Shown here one piece after another: positions 37,287 to 51,224 of a stretch of DNA of 64,000 bases; the stretch's first letter is position 1; each line of letters opens with the position of its first letter. The DNA is taken from contig OX597839.1 of assembly GCA_951406725.2 (NCBI GenBank), positions 33,294,001 through 33,358,000 on the forward strand, written 5' to 3'. Origin of the DNA: Octopus vulgaris. Taxonomy: Eukaryota. The translations under genes and the position numbers were made by a program. The notes beneath the pieces were generated by a model. It was not told where the DNA came from. It did no database searches and saw nothing but the letters and a program-made list of their open reading frames with translations.

Positions 37287-37980
37287 TACTCTTTTACTTG
37301 TTTCAGTCATTTCACTGCGGCCATGCTGGAGCACAGCCTTTAGTCGAGCAAATCGACCCCAGGACTTATTCTTTGTAAGCCTAGTACTTACTCTATCGGT
37401 CTCTTTTGCCGAATCGCTAAGTTACAGTGACGTCAACACACCAGCATCGACAGGCTTCTTTCAGTTTCCGTCTACCAAATCCATTTACAAGGCTTTGATT
37501 GGCCCGTGGCCATAGTACAAGACACTTACCTAAGGTGCCAGGCAGTGGGACTGAACCTGGAACTCTGTGGTTGGGAAGCAAGCTTCTTACCACACAGTCA
37601 CACCTGCGCCTATATATATATATATATACATATACGATAGGCTTCTTCCAGTTTCCATCTGTCAAATCCACTCACAAGGCTTTGGTCGGCGCGAAGATAT
37701 ATTAGAAGACACTTGCTCAAGGTGCCACGTAGTGGGACTGAACCTGGAACCATGTGGTTGGTCAGCAAACTACTTATCACATAGCCATGCCTATGCTTAT
37801 ATATATACATATATATACGACGGGCTTCTTTCAGTTTCCGTCAACCAAATCTACTCACAGAGCTTTGGTTGTCCCAAGGCTATAGTAGAAGACACTTGCC
37901 CAAGGTTCCACGCAGTGGGACTGAACCCAGAACCATGTGGTCGGGGAGTAAGCTTCTTACTAGACAGCCACTCCTGCGCC
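37287..37980 (-). mobile_element. SINE-B composite: three stacked heads and one tail
   Basis: Head ends at ~37610, ~37792 and ~37980. Confidence 0.8.
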
Positions 37981-38889
37981 TGTATGAACAAACCACTAAT
38001 ACAGATATGGAAACGAGAAAGAGATCCCATGTCACGTACTTACATATCTACATGCAAGCACACACACACACACGGATTTATGATGCCTTGTATGACAGAA
38101 TTTGTCTGTAATTACAAAACAACCACAGCGGTAGCAATAACAACTACATGAAGAGCGACAGCAACAATAACAACAACAACAACAACATCAAAGATAACAA
38201 TAAACGAATCCTATGGATTATATCAAATTACTGGATCGCCGTCATCTTCAAGTTTTCCCTTCATATTTACGGTTTACGAAAGAGATCCAAACTTTGTTAA
38301 TGTGATCCATTGAATCTATTACGGATTGCAAAACAATTACGCAAATAAAAAAAATATTAAAAAACAAAACAATAGAAAGAAAGTCTTGCAAATGAGAAGA
38401 GAGAGAGAGAGAGAGAGAGAAGAAAGAAAAAAATCAAAAGAAAACCGGCCGCGCCGTTATCGATAAATATTGTAATATCGCAACAGCTGTCGATAAATTT
38501 AGCGGCCATTTTGATGGGTTGGCGAAATCAACGTAAACAGTTTTTGATTTTGTAGTTCCGGCTGCTGTTGTTGTTGTTGTTGATGATGCGATTTTGTTGT
38601 TGTTGTTGTTGATGTTGCGATGCGATTTGTTGTTGTTGTTGCCGTTGTTATTCTTCTGTCAACGAAATATACGAGAAGACAATAGGAAAAAAAAAGACTC
38701 TTTAATAAAGCTGGATGGTATGAAGGCATCGGAATGGTGTTGGAGGAGGTAGTGGTGGTGGTGGTGATGGTGGTGGTGGTGGTGGTTTTTAGTTGATTAA
38801 CGAGTTTGAAATAACCCGAAAAATTCGCTGCTAACACAAATGTTGTTCTGGTATTCATTCTTACTTTTGTCCTCTTCCCCATCCTCCTG

Positions 38890-38891
38890 CG

Positions 38892-38923
<32 letters not shown>

Positions 38924-39260
38924 ACAATAATCATCATCATCATCATCAACTTCTTCTTCTTCTTAATCATCATCATCATCATCAACTTCTTCTTCTTAAT
39001 CATCATCATCAACTTCCTCTTCTTCTTCTTTACCATCATCATCATCATCATCAACTTCTTCTTCTTAATCATCATCATCATCATCATCATCAACTTCTTC
39101 TTTACCATCATCATCATCATCAACTTCTTCTTCTACCATCATCATCATCATCATCAACTTCCTCTTCTTCTTCTTAATCATCATCATCATCATCATCAAC
39201 TTTTTCTTCTTTACCATCATCATCATCATCAACTTCTTCTTCTTTACCATCAACTTCTTC
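38890..39260. repeat. Compound (CAT)n-AA-(CTT)n minisatellite
   Basis: Visible directly. Confidence 0.9.
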
Positions 39261-40180
39261 TCCAGCTGTCTCCCTTCCTTCCTTATTTTCTTTCTTTTCA
39301 TCCTTCCTTCCTTCCTTTCTTCCTTCCTCTCTTTCTTTCTTTCCTTTCCCATCATAACTTTTCCCTTCCTATTGTAGTTGTTCAGCTGCTTCCTGCTGTT
39401 TATTTGACTTCAACCAAAATCTCTCTTTCTGTCTCCCTCCACCCACCTTTTTCTCTCCCCCTCACATCTTCCGTCTTCTACACCCCCACCCACACACTCT
39501 CTCTCTCTTTCTCTCTTCTTATTTAAATATGAACGAGTAAAAAGACCACGAATCCAGCATAAATTTTAATCAAATCCAAGGAAACCAAACACCACTAAAA
39601 ATAATGAAACGACGGCGGACAGGAGTATAAATTTATCCTATTAACACTGCAAAAAAAAAAAAAAGTGACACAGACGTTTCGGAGAATTGTTCCTTTTCAA
39701 GACAGATAGAAGGAGAAGAGAAGAAAGCATAAAAAGAATACAAAACACAAAACAAAGTGCGTATTGAGGAGTAAAGATACCCGTAAAACGTGGTGGTTTC
39801 AAGCAGAGAAGAGCGAACTGGATGGGGAAAAATGGAAGGCGAACATCAGACAAGCGAGGTTGTGTATATGGTAGGGGAAATTATGTATATAGCGGATTAT
39901 GTGAATGCAGGTGACATTATATATATATAAAAAATTGTGAAGCATGACTGTCACCACTGTCACCACTACTACATGAACCCGAAGATTGCAGAATTTAATG
40001 CATGAAAGTACTAGTTCAATCAGAATGAACATTTAACATTCTACTATTTTATTTTATTTTATTTTATTATAATATATTATCTTATAATATATCATTATAA
40101 GATTGTAAATAAAACGTGAAAATCAGACAAGGTTGGAATTCCTTTTATTAATATATTCTTCTATACACAATCACACACAC

Positions 40181-40236
<56 letters not shown>

Positions 40237-40237
40237 A

Positions 40238-40275
<38 letters not shown>

Positions 40276-40424
40276 AAATGTTGAAGTGAATCTAACGGCT
40301 TTTATGTGTTTCTAAATGGCTTATAAACACCTTCCACGCTGCAACTGCTTTTGTTTCAGCACACGATCTCAGATCAGGTCACTTGCTATGCAAGTGCATT
40401 TCTGTAACATACACACACACAAAC

Positions 40425-40479
<55 letters not shown>

Positions 40480-40632
40480 CTAACATACACAGTTCTCCCA
40501 AGATCTCTCACAAGGTATTGGCCAACCAGGAGCTGTAGCAGAAGATACTTTTCCAAGGTGCCGCACAGTGGGATTGAACTCACAACCATATGGTTGCCAA
40601 ACGAGCCTGCACCCCCCACACACAATATATAT

Positions 40633-40669
<37 letters not shown>

Positions 40670-41118
40670 CACGGAGTGAGATAGATAGATAGATAGACAG
40701 ACAGAAAGATATATATATATATATATAGATAGATAGATAGATAGATAGACAGACAGATAGATGGATAGACAGACAGATAGATAGATAGATAGATGAAACT
40801 GGTGCTATGCATTTCGACAGCAAAGATGAGCAAGAGATACGTAAAACGTATTGAATATATGATATAAGATATATATATATATATATATATATATGGTATT
40901 CGAGTACTATTTTTCTTTCACCTTGTTTCATATCAATGAGCTTACTCTGGTATGTATATATATTTATGAGATATATTAAATGTCAGGCAAAATAGATAAA
41001 TTTTGACATATTGCAACTCTTATCTCTGGAAGCGGAGACACTTTTCAATAAATCAACAATTTATCTCGTGTGATATTTTTTATAGAATCTTATCCATCTT
41101 GGTGATATAGAAGAGAAT

Positions 41119-41486
41119 GTGGAGGCGCAATGGCCCAGTGGTTAGGGCAGCGGACTCGCGGTTTCGATTCCCAGACCGGGCATTGTGAGTGTTTATTGAG
41201 CGAAAACACCTAAAGCTCCACGAGGCTCCTGCAGGGGGTGGTGGTGAATCCTGCTGTACTCTTTCACCACAACTTTCTCTCACTCTTTCTTCCTGTTTCT
41301 GTTGTACCTGTATTTCAAAGGGCCAGCCTTGTCACACTGTCATGCTGATCTCCTCGAGAACTACGTTAAGGGTACAAGTGTCTGTGGAGTGCTCAGCCAC
41401 TTGCACGTTAATTCCACGAGCAAGCTGTTCTGTTGATCGTATCAGCTGGGACCCTCATCGTCGTAACCGACGGAGTGCTCCTTTCT
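41119..41486 (+). mobile_element. SINE family A, full length, with TSD
   Basis: 13-bp TSD TATAGAAGAGAAT at 41106-41118 and 41487-41499. Confidence 0.9.
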
Positions 41487-41509
41487 TATAGAAGAGAATA
41501 TGGCAGACT

Positions 41510-41690
41510 GAATAGCGTGACGGGTGAGATACTTGGTGGCATTTTGTCCGTCTGGACGGTATAAGTTCAAATTCCGCCGAGGCCGACTTAGCCTTTCATC
41601 ATTTCGGAATCGATAAAGTGAATACTAGTGTAATCAGTGACCTCTCACCCTCACCATTGCTGGCCTTGTGTCAAGAATTAGAAAGAATTA
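41510..41690 (+). mobile_element. Old SINE-C with alternative tail
   Basis: GTTCAAATTCCGCCGAGGCCGACTTAGCCTTTCATC...TGCTGGCCTTGTGTC. Confidence 0.65.
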
Positions 41691-41796
41691 TTGACAATCG
41701 GTACAAATTACAGTGGGACTCAAGACCAAGTGTTTCGTGCAATGACCGGTTAACTTAATATAATATAAGGATATGCAGTGTTACACAAACACACAC

Positions 41797-41952
41797 GTGG
41801 CTGTGTGGTAAGTAGCTTGCTCACCAACCACATGGTTCTGGGTTCGGTCCCACTGCGTGGCACCTTGGGCAAGTGTCTTCTACAATAGCCTAGGGCTGAC
41901 CAAAGCCTTGTGAGAGGATTTGGTAGATGGAAACTGAAAGAAGCCCGTCGTA

Positions 41953-42025
<73 letters not shown>

Positions 42026-42201
42026 ATGTATCTATACAGGCGCAGGAGTGGCTGTGTGGTAAGTAGCTTGCTTACCAACCATATGGTTCCGGGTTCAGTC
42101 CCACCGCGTGGCATCTTGGGCAAGTGTCTTCTACTATAGCCTCGGGCCGACCAAAGCCTTGTGACTGGATTTGGTAGACGGAAACTGAAAGAAGCTCGTC
42201 G

Positions 42202-42250
<49 letters not shown>

Positions 42251-42415
42251 ATGTTTGTGTGTCTGTGTTTGGCCCCCTCCCCCCAGCATCGCTTGACAAC
42301 CGATGCTGGTGTGTTTGCGTCCCCGTAACTTAGCGGTTCGGCAAAAGAGACCGATAGAATAAGTACGACTTACATAGAAAAAAGTCCTGGGGTCGATTTG
42401 ATCGACTAAAGGCGG
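41797..42415 (+). mobile_element. Two SINE-B copies (head only, then near full length)
   Basis: Homology to the B consensus. Confidence 0.85.
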
Positions 42416-42657
42416 CGTTGAATTAATTCTTGAGAACATTTCTTTAGTGGAAGATTCCCTTTGTGCATCTATATCTAGCATTAGAGTGACCACATGTGGA
42501 CTCTCTCTCTCATTACTTGCATTAATAATTTTTACTGTATCCCAGTCTTTATACGCTAGGCCACTTGGTGTTTTAAATTGATGTTATTAATTAATATTCA
42601 ATTTTTTTCACCCTTATTGTGATTTTAGTTATATATATATATATATATACGCACACA

Positions 42658-42876
42658 CAAGGAGGTACTGAACAGTTCTTGGCTTTCGGTGAAAGAAAAT
42701 ACAAGAAGATCAGTTAATTATGATTTTATTCAACATATTCCCCTCTCAGATTCACACACTTATTGCAGCAGTCCTTCAGTTTTTCTAGGCCCTGTTAAAA
42801 GACCTCAGAAAGCTGGGCCTCCAACCAGGCCTTTTGCGACACCCTTAAAGCCAGGAACGTTTCAGCACCCTTCCGT
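42658..42876 (-). mobile_element. Internally deleted mariner element (MITE)
   Basis: TIRs GGTACTGAACAGTTCTTGGCTTT / AAAGCCAGGAACGTTTCAGCACC; minus strand retains the transposase C-terminus KCVNLRGEYVE*. Confidence 0.75.
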
Positions 42877-43243
42877 GTGTATGTGTCCGTGTATGTGTGT
42901 GTGTGTGTGTGTAGATACATATACTGGCTAAGTGGTTAGGATTTTTCACAACATTACACACACACACACACACACGCATGCGCGTGTATATTACTGTAGA
43001 TAACTTGATAGTGGATGTTATTATTCCTGAAAATTCAATGACATGGTCATGGTTGAAATCCTTTTGAAAATACGTCCGTTTGATCTGGACTGACCCGAGA
43101 TTAAACTATCAGAACGGCAGGAGTCACATCAAAGTGGTGGGTTTAAGATAAGACCATTTCTACTTGAGCCTAACTCTACCACGTGATTCTTGCTTCTTTG
43201 GAGATAAAAGACTTCTATGGAGATACTAGCTGTGTATATTTTA

Positions 43244-43700
43244 TCTTTTAACTTGTTTCAGTCATTAGGCTGTGGCCATGCTGGGGCACCACCTTGAAGA
43301 ACGCTTAGTCGAATGAATAGAACCCCTCCCCCTCCCCAGTACTTAAGCCTGGTTTCTTTGCCGAACCGGTAACTTACGGGGATGTAAACATGCCAACGTC
43401 GGTTGTCAAACAGTGATGGATGACATGCACACACAAACACACGTATATATGCATTTAAGATGAGATTCTTTCAGTTTCCGTCTATCAAATAAAGTGACAA
43501 GGGCTTGGTCGGCTCGAGACTATAGTAGGGGTCCATGCGATCAACTTAATCCGTTCGTCTGTCCTTGTTTGTCCCTTCTATGTTTAGCCCCTTGTGGGCA
43601 ATAAAGAAAAATATAGTAGGAGACACTTGCTGCACAGCGGGACTGAACTCGGAACCATGACATTCGGAAATAAACTTGCAACACACCCAAATCTGCACCT
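43244..43700 (-). mobile_element. Old SINE-B containing a 5'-truncated SINE-C tail insertion (43530-43611, +)
   Basis: The insert is flanked by the 9-bp TSD TATAGTAGG (43521-43529 and 43612-43620). Confidence 0.75.
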
Positions 43701-44619
43701 ATGTCACAACGATGCACACGCGCATATATATATATATATTCTTTTACTTGTTCCAGTCATTTGACTACGGCTATTCACCTCAATAGACGTCATTGATTGG
43801 TTGAAATTGCCGAAATGCAAGAAATTTAACAACAAATATCTCACAAACTATAGAATTTTCTCAAGAAAGCCAAGAGAAAAAGATGTTTTATGTAACACAT
43901 TCAACCAGTATACGAAGTTTAAAAGTGTTTAGTTACAAAGAAATTATTTTTAAAATCTGCCGGTCAAAGTGAAAATATCCATGAGAAGCAGATCATTGGT
44001 GCTTCGAAGTCATTGTACAATTGTCTTTGGAACCATTTACAGCAATTTCCGTTTACCAAAATCGGAGCAAATTTACATTTACCTCGTTACATTTAATAAA
44101 CATCTTCAGAACGATTAGAGGGAAAAGAAAGGCAAAGAAAAAGAAAAAAGCTCATTAAGTCTTCAGACTTACATTTTAGTGACTTGGTATGGTTCCACGT
44201 GTTTGTAGTTTCCCTCGTTTAGTGCGTGGGGTAGTAAGTGGGGACAGTGACTATTCGACCGGCGGTGTTGGCCGAAGGAGTTATACCCGGTGCGGTCATC
44301 CGGTGTTGTTTTCAGTAATAAGTAACGCTATTTGTGACTTCTAAGTTAGTCCCTATGATTACTAAGGAAGCCCTTGTTAAAAACTAAGGATGCTATTTAA
44401 AGTCTGTGCGACATAGTGTATACATGTGGGCTATGTTAAGGAATAGTAAACAGAGTTGAAGAGGACATAGAAATCTTTAAAATCAATAGAAATCATAACG
44501 TGTAATGTAAGTCGAGGGTCTAGCTTTCGAGTGAATTTGTTAAAAAGGATTACTGCCCTAGTGTACTAGGTAGATTATAATAGATAGATTATAATATGTA
44601 TGTGTGTGTGTGTGTGTGT

Positions 44620-44827
44620 GCGACGGGCTTCTTTCAGTTTCTTTTAGCACATCCACTCACAAGGCTTTCGTCATCTCGAGGCTATAGTAGAAGACACTTG
44701 CTTAAGGTACCACGCAGTGCAACCGAACCCGGAACCATGTGTTTGGGAGGCAAACTTCGTACCACCACACAACCACGCCTGCACACACACACAAACACAC
44801 GCACACGCACACACACACACACACACG

Positions 44828-44866
<39 letters not shown>

Positions 44867-45078
44867 GCACACACACGTACATACATATATATATGTGTGT
44901 GTGCGACAAGCTTCTTTCAGTTTCCGTCTACCAAATCAGCTCACAAGGCTTTCGTCGTCCCGCGGACATTGTACAAAAAAAACAAAAAACACTTTCTCAA
45001 GGTACCACGCAGTGCAATCGAACCCGGAACCACGTGGATGGGAAGCAATCTCGTTACCACACAACAGCTCCTGCGCCT
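44620..45078 (-). mobile_element. Two SINE-B heads in tandem
   Basis: Duplicated CTTCTTTCAGTTT...GAACCCGGAACCA blocks separated by (CA)n. Confidence 0.75.
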
Positions 45079-45439
45079 GTATGTCAATAGGTTTTGATTC
45101 TGTGTTTTTCTGATAATGTCTGCTGCTTGCCGAACAGATTAGCATTGTTCATCTCCTGCCAAATTAGCAACGGACCGTAATTGTTTATCACGGAGTTCCA
45201 GTGAAATGGTGATAAAACCATGTTCCGAAGAATCTTCAGTGAAATTCTAACCAAGAGAAGAAGGATGAGGGTGACGCCTGCAAAAAAAAAAATGGTTGTT
45301 GATTTGTCCAAAACACGAAACGATTACGCGAACAAGCTAACAGGGGAGCCTGTGGTTGGTCGCTCGACCAGTAAGAAATAGCAGCTAAATCTCTCTCTTA
45401 TCACAGCTCACTGTATTTTTCTGTTTCTTTTTTTTTTTT

Positions 45440-45866
45440 TTTTTTACTTGTTTCCGTCATTTGGCTACGGCCATGCTGGGGCTCTGCCTTGAAGGGTTTT
45501 AGACGACCAAATCGACACCAGGATGGTTTTTTAAAAGCCTGGAGCTTATTCTATCTGTCTCTTTTGCCGATCCGTTAGTTTATGGGGACGTAAACAAACC
45601 AACACATCGGCACTAACACACACACATATACGACGGGCTTCTTTCAGTTTTTGTCTCCCTAATCTATCGACAAGGCTTCGGTCGGTCGGCGGCTTTAGTA
45701 CGAGACACATGTAGAAGGCGTCACGCAGTGGGACTGAACCCGGAATCATATGGTTAGAAAGCAAGCTTCTTGCCACGCAGCCACGACTGCGCCTAGGTAC
45801 CATGCAATGGAATTGAACCCGGAATCATGTGACTGGAAAGCAAGCTTCTTACCACACAGCCACGCT
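45440..45866 (-). mobile_element. Old SINE-B with partly duplicated head
   Basis: Homology to the B consensus. Confidence 0.7.
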
Positions 45867-45870
45867 TGTC

Positions 45871-45914
<44 letters not shown>

Positions 45915-45917
<3 letters not shown>

Positions 45918-46881
45918 GTAGGTGGCCCATTAGCAATTAAAACCTACAGGTAAATTCATATCAAAGGGGTACAAAATAGTACCAGAATTGCTAGAAACAA
46001 GAGTCAAAAGATGACTCAATTAGCCACAGAAAGACCGTATCTCAATAAGATGACGAAAGGGAAGGAGCGAGAAAGCTACATACCATAGGGAGAGAAGCTC
46101 ACAAGTGAAGCAGGTATATATATACATATAAGGTGGAATTACCACTATGTGGAAACCCTTATGCTAGAAGAAGATTCGCTATGGTCTTAAGCACTAAGAA
46201 TTGTTCTCTAGAAAATTTAGCAAACACCAGAAACGTAAGCGAGCAAGACAAATGAAAAGTAACAAAAATATAGATTAATCATAAACAATGTTTATGATTA
46301 ACTAGCAGTATCGCCCGGCGTTGCTCGGGTTTGTAAGGGAAATAACTATATAAGCATTTTTTGAGATGTGAAGTATAATAGCCATCTCAATATGGCTAAC
46401 CACAAAGTGGTGTGTGTTACTGTAGCTTTTTACGTTCTGAGATTTAATAATACATTTTTAGAGAGTTACTTCCCTTATATAATAGCAAAAAATGCATTAA
46501 AAATGGGAAAAATTATGGTCAATTGTTTTTAAAATCGTAGACTCATTGTAGACGCGCGCTAATACCCAGAAGGGCTCGATATGAATCACGACTATAAGAT
46601 ACCCGCTTTTGGTTACACTGCACCGCAAAATGTGGGAGTAGTTAGGAATCTAAATCGTAGGAGACAGACACACAACTTCACTTTTATATATAAAGATATA
46701 TAATTCTTAGTGCTTAAGACCATAGCGGATCTTCTTCTAGCATAAGGGTTTCCACATAGTGGTAATTCCCCCTTATATGTATGTAATACTATTTATTGAA
46801 CCTCAGTATTTTTATATGCTAGACCACTGGTGTTAAATTGATCTTATCAAATTAATATCCAATTTTTCACCCTCATTTTGA

Positions 46882-46890
<9 letters not shown>
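45915..46890. mobile_element. TA-flanked element with internal ~85-bp inverted repeat (46120-46202 / 46702-46783), probably Penelope-like, interrupted by a Helitron
   Basis: Arms GGAATTACCACTATGTGGAAACCCTTATGCTAGAAGAAGAT / ATCTTCTTCTAGCATAAGGGTTTCCACATAGTGGTAATTCC; the right end resembles 42520-42630. Confidence 0.55.
46302..46696 (-). mobile_element. Non-autonomous Helitron, copy 2
   Basis: Reverse complement of 14902-15292, with TC and CTAG ends and an A/T target. Confidence 0.9.
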
Positions 46891-46948
<58 letters not shown>

Positions 46949-46952
<4 letters not shown>

Positions 46953-47162
46953 ATATGTTACATTACTCGATAGTCAAGATAAAACTCTGAGTTTCAGATG
47001 CCGATAACCGAAGAGATGGCGTTGTGGATTCCCACTTCGGCATCTGAAACTCAGAGTTTTATCTTGACTATCGAGTAATGTAACATATTATTTTATAGAT
47101 AAATTTCCTCTATTTACATAATATTGAGGTCTCTTTCTTTCTTTTGTTATCTTACCGTTTTA

Positions 47163-47166
<4 letters not shown>
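46949..47166 (+). mobile_element. Penelope-like terminus with 5' inverted duplication, in (TA)n
   Basis: Perfect ~56-bp arms at 46949-47004 and 47037-47092; contains the hammerhead motif at 47003-47063. Confidence 0.7.
47003..47063 (+). ncRNA. Type I hammerhead ribozyme-like motif (variant core)
   Basis: GATAA-CCGAAGA-GATGGCG..GTGG-ATTC-CCAC..CGGCATC-T-GAAACTCAGAGT-T-TTATC; helices I, II and III all pair. Confidence 0.55.
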
Positions 47167-47211
<45 letters not shown>

Positions 47212-47781
47212 TTTTTAAAACTACCATTTGAAGACTAATTCTGTTCCCTTATTCTACAGATGTTTTCAGAAGGAATTTATTTATTGCCCGAAATTACAGG
47301 GTTTATATCTGGTTGTGGGGAAGTGGGATACAATTAACGGTAGGAAAGATTAGAATCCATTATTTATATAAGGAATTATTGTCAGTTAGAGATTTAGCTG
47401 TTTGTAAGGGAAACTACCCCCTACCCTGCCCTGGATGATGACAGATTAGTACGTGGGAAAGTAGATGTGTGTGAGGGAGAAGGTGGTAGACAAAGGACGT
47501 CTTGTGGGTACCGGAGGGAAAGAAACCGCTTAGAGATGGATTGGGATGTGAGTGGAAGAATGGATGGTTAATAAATATATTAATCCGTGAATAAATACAT
47601 TGGTAAATTAATTTCTTAATTAGCTAATTAATTAATTAATTAATTAATTAATTAATTAATTGCGTTAAATCGTGCAGCAATAAATAAATTGAATAATGGA
47701 GATGTGAAGATATGAAAAAATCCGAGTTCGGTTGGAGAGCGATTTAGGGATTTTGAACAAAAATTACTAAATATAATTTAA

Positions 47782-47835
47782 TGTGTATGTATGCATGTAT
47801 GTATGTATGTATGTATGTATGTGTGTATGTGTGTA

Positions 47836-47866
<31 letters not shown>

Positions 47867-47915
47867 ATGCATGTATGTATGTATGTATGTATGTGTGTGT
47901 GTGTGTATGTGTGTA

Positions 47916-47946
<31 letters not shown>

Positions 47947-48300
47947 ATGTATGTATGTATTATGTATGTATGTATGTATGTATGTATGTATGTATTATGT
48001 ATGCATGTATGCATGTACGTATGTATGTATGTATGTATGTATGCATGTATGCATGTGTGTATGTATGTATTATGTATGTATGTATGTATGTATGTATGTA
48101 TGTATTATGTATGCATGTATGCATGTATGTATGTATGTATGTATGTATTGTATGTATGTATGTATGTATGTATGTATATATGTACATAAATGTGGATGGA
48201 TGGACTGATACATGCATATACGTGTGCATATATGTATCTATGTAGATGTATATACGGATTTATATATACAGACACACATATATAGACATGCATATATGTG

Positions 48301-48352
<52 letters not shown>

Positions 48353-48405
48353 ATGTGGTATATACATATATATATACATATATGTATATATGTAAGTATA
48401 TATAT

Positions 48406-48460
<55 letters not shown>

Positions 48461-48490
48461 TATAGTATCTAATTCTCTCACCCTTATTAA

Positions 48491-48530
<40 letters not shown>

Positions 48531-48903
48531 GTATATGATAATATATGGTATATACATATAGATATATACATATATGTATATATGTAAGTATATATATATA
48601 CATACATATACACACACACATGAATATATGTGTATGTAAATATATATATATATACGTATATGTATGTACATACATATATGTGTGTGTATAGACACATGCA
48701 TATATGTGTATGTAAATATATATATATATATATATAACTATATATGATATATGCTATATACATATACATATATACGTATATACATATATGTGTATATATA
48801 TATGTATATATGTACATATACGTATGTATTTATATTTACATGTATGCATGCATATGCATCTACATATCCATATATATTTTCATACATACATATTATACGT
48901 ACA

Positions 48904-48980
<77 letters not shown>

Positions 48981-49020
48981 ATATATATGTGTGTGTGTAT
49001 AGCTGTGTGTGTGTGTGTAA
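47782..49020. repeat. (TATG)n and (TA)n microsatellite field
   Basis: Visible directly. Confidence 0.9.
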
Positions 49021-49508
49021 TATACGTACATTTATAAACATGTTAACGGATGAACTGATGAATAAAAGGAAATTATGAAATGAAATTGATTGGAAGATTT
49101 TGAGAGCAAAAAAATCATGTCAAAGTTTTACAAGAAGGAATGAAAGGAAATGAAGAATTTTGAAAAAAAATGGATGCGAGGTCATCGTTCTTCTAAAACG
49201 AATGGAATTCCAAATTTATAAAGAAGGCAATATTTACGAATTAGAAAGACAAAAAAAAAAAAAAGGAAATATAACCTGAAAATGATTTTGTATGTAGTTT
49301 TGTTTTGCAGTAATGGCTGAACCAATGGCGGACATGTTGGTTTTTGGAAGGCTGTAGGTAAGCGAACATGTTGGTGTAGAGCAGCGGTTCTCGACCAGGT
49401 TAGGGAGAAATTTTTAGGGAGGCCCATGCAATAAATATATGTATATATTCATATATATTTGTACATACCTACATATATATGTATATATATATATATTCAT
49501 GCATATAT

Positions 49509-49656
49509 GGGTACAGGACATCAAAAAACATGAATAAAATGAGAAACGAGAACATAAAAACAAAAACAGAAAACTTACTTTTTTCGAACAACGAAAGAAA
49601 CAAATTGAGAAACGAGACAGGCAACATAAAGAACGGTCCCTTCATCAATTGTCCCC
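49509..49656 (-). mobile_element. Penelope-like fragment, family P3
   Basis: Reverse complement of 32245-32355; shares the GGGTACAGGAC start with 31779. Confidence 0.55.
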
Positions 49657-50195
<539 letters not shown>

Positions 50196-50607
50196 GGACG
50201 GAGATGAATATAGCTGTAGAGTGTGAAAGGTAGGTTGAAAATGGTAAAAATTGGACAGGGAATAAACCAAGGATATAAATAGAGAAGGGTGTTGAGATTA
50301 TGAGATTTGTTAAGAGTCAAAGACAACAACAACAACAACAACAGCAACAACAACAACTACAAATACCACAACAATTATACGAATAAACGAAAGCTTCCTC
50401 AAACTCAGCCAATAAAGAAAGATAAACGATATAATCCAGAGACCTCTTGTACTTTGCAATTTCCTGTCCAAGACAGCTGCCCTAAAGCCTTATAACGAAA
50501 AACTCTGTATATCTTTCTGTTCTATTTCTTTTCGAAATCATTCTTTAATTTGCCTCTAATGTCTCGGCCATTTATTCAGCGATTCATTCATTTATTATTT
50601 CACTATA

Positions 50608-50780
50608 GGCGCAGGAGTGGCTGTGTGGTAAGTAGCTTGCTTACCAACCACATCTGGTTCCGGGTTCAGTCCCACTGCGTGGCACCTTGGGCAAGTGTCT
50701 TCTGCTATAGCCCCGGGCCGACCAATGCCTTGTGAGTGGATTTGGAAGACGGAAACTGAAAGAAGCCTGTCGTATATATG

Positions 50781-50853
<73 letters not shown>

Positions 50854-51067
50854 GTGTGTATATGTTTGTGTTCTGTGTTTGTCCCCCTAGCATTGCTTGA
50901 CAACCGATGCTGGTGTGTTTACGTCCTCGTCACTTAGCGGTTCGGCAAAAGAAACCGATAGAATAAGCACTAGGCTTACAAAGAATAAGTCCCGGGGTCG
51001 ATTTGATCGACTAAAGGCGGTGCTCTAGCATGGCCGCAGTCAAATGACTGAAACGAGTTTAAGAGTA
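50608..51067 (+). mobile_element. SINE family B, full length
   Basis: High identity to the consensus. Confidence 0.9.
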
Positions 51068-51224
51068 ACCGTTTTCCTGTCCCGTGTATCCTTGATGTAT
51101 CACTGCTTTCTGCGTCTCGTATATGATATACATTCTCAATTGTATGAGAGTAATTCGGGACTTGCGGAAGGAAAGCTTTATATTAATGAGAACGTATGAA
51201 ACAAAAATTAATTAAAAGTCTGAA

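Noticed and set aside
44180-44570. Mixed-composition block, possibly a retroelement 5' region
   Set aside because: No termini, TSD, ORF or second copy is available to classify it.
47617-47661. (TAAT)n run as a homeodomain site array
   Set aside because: Indistinguishable from an ordinary tetranucleotide microsatellite.
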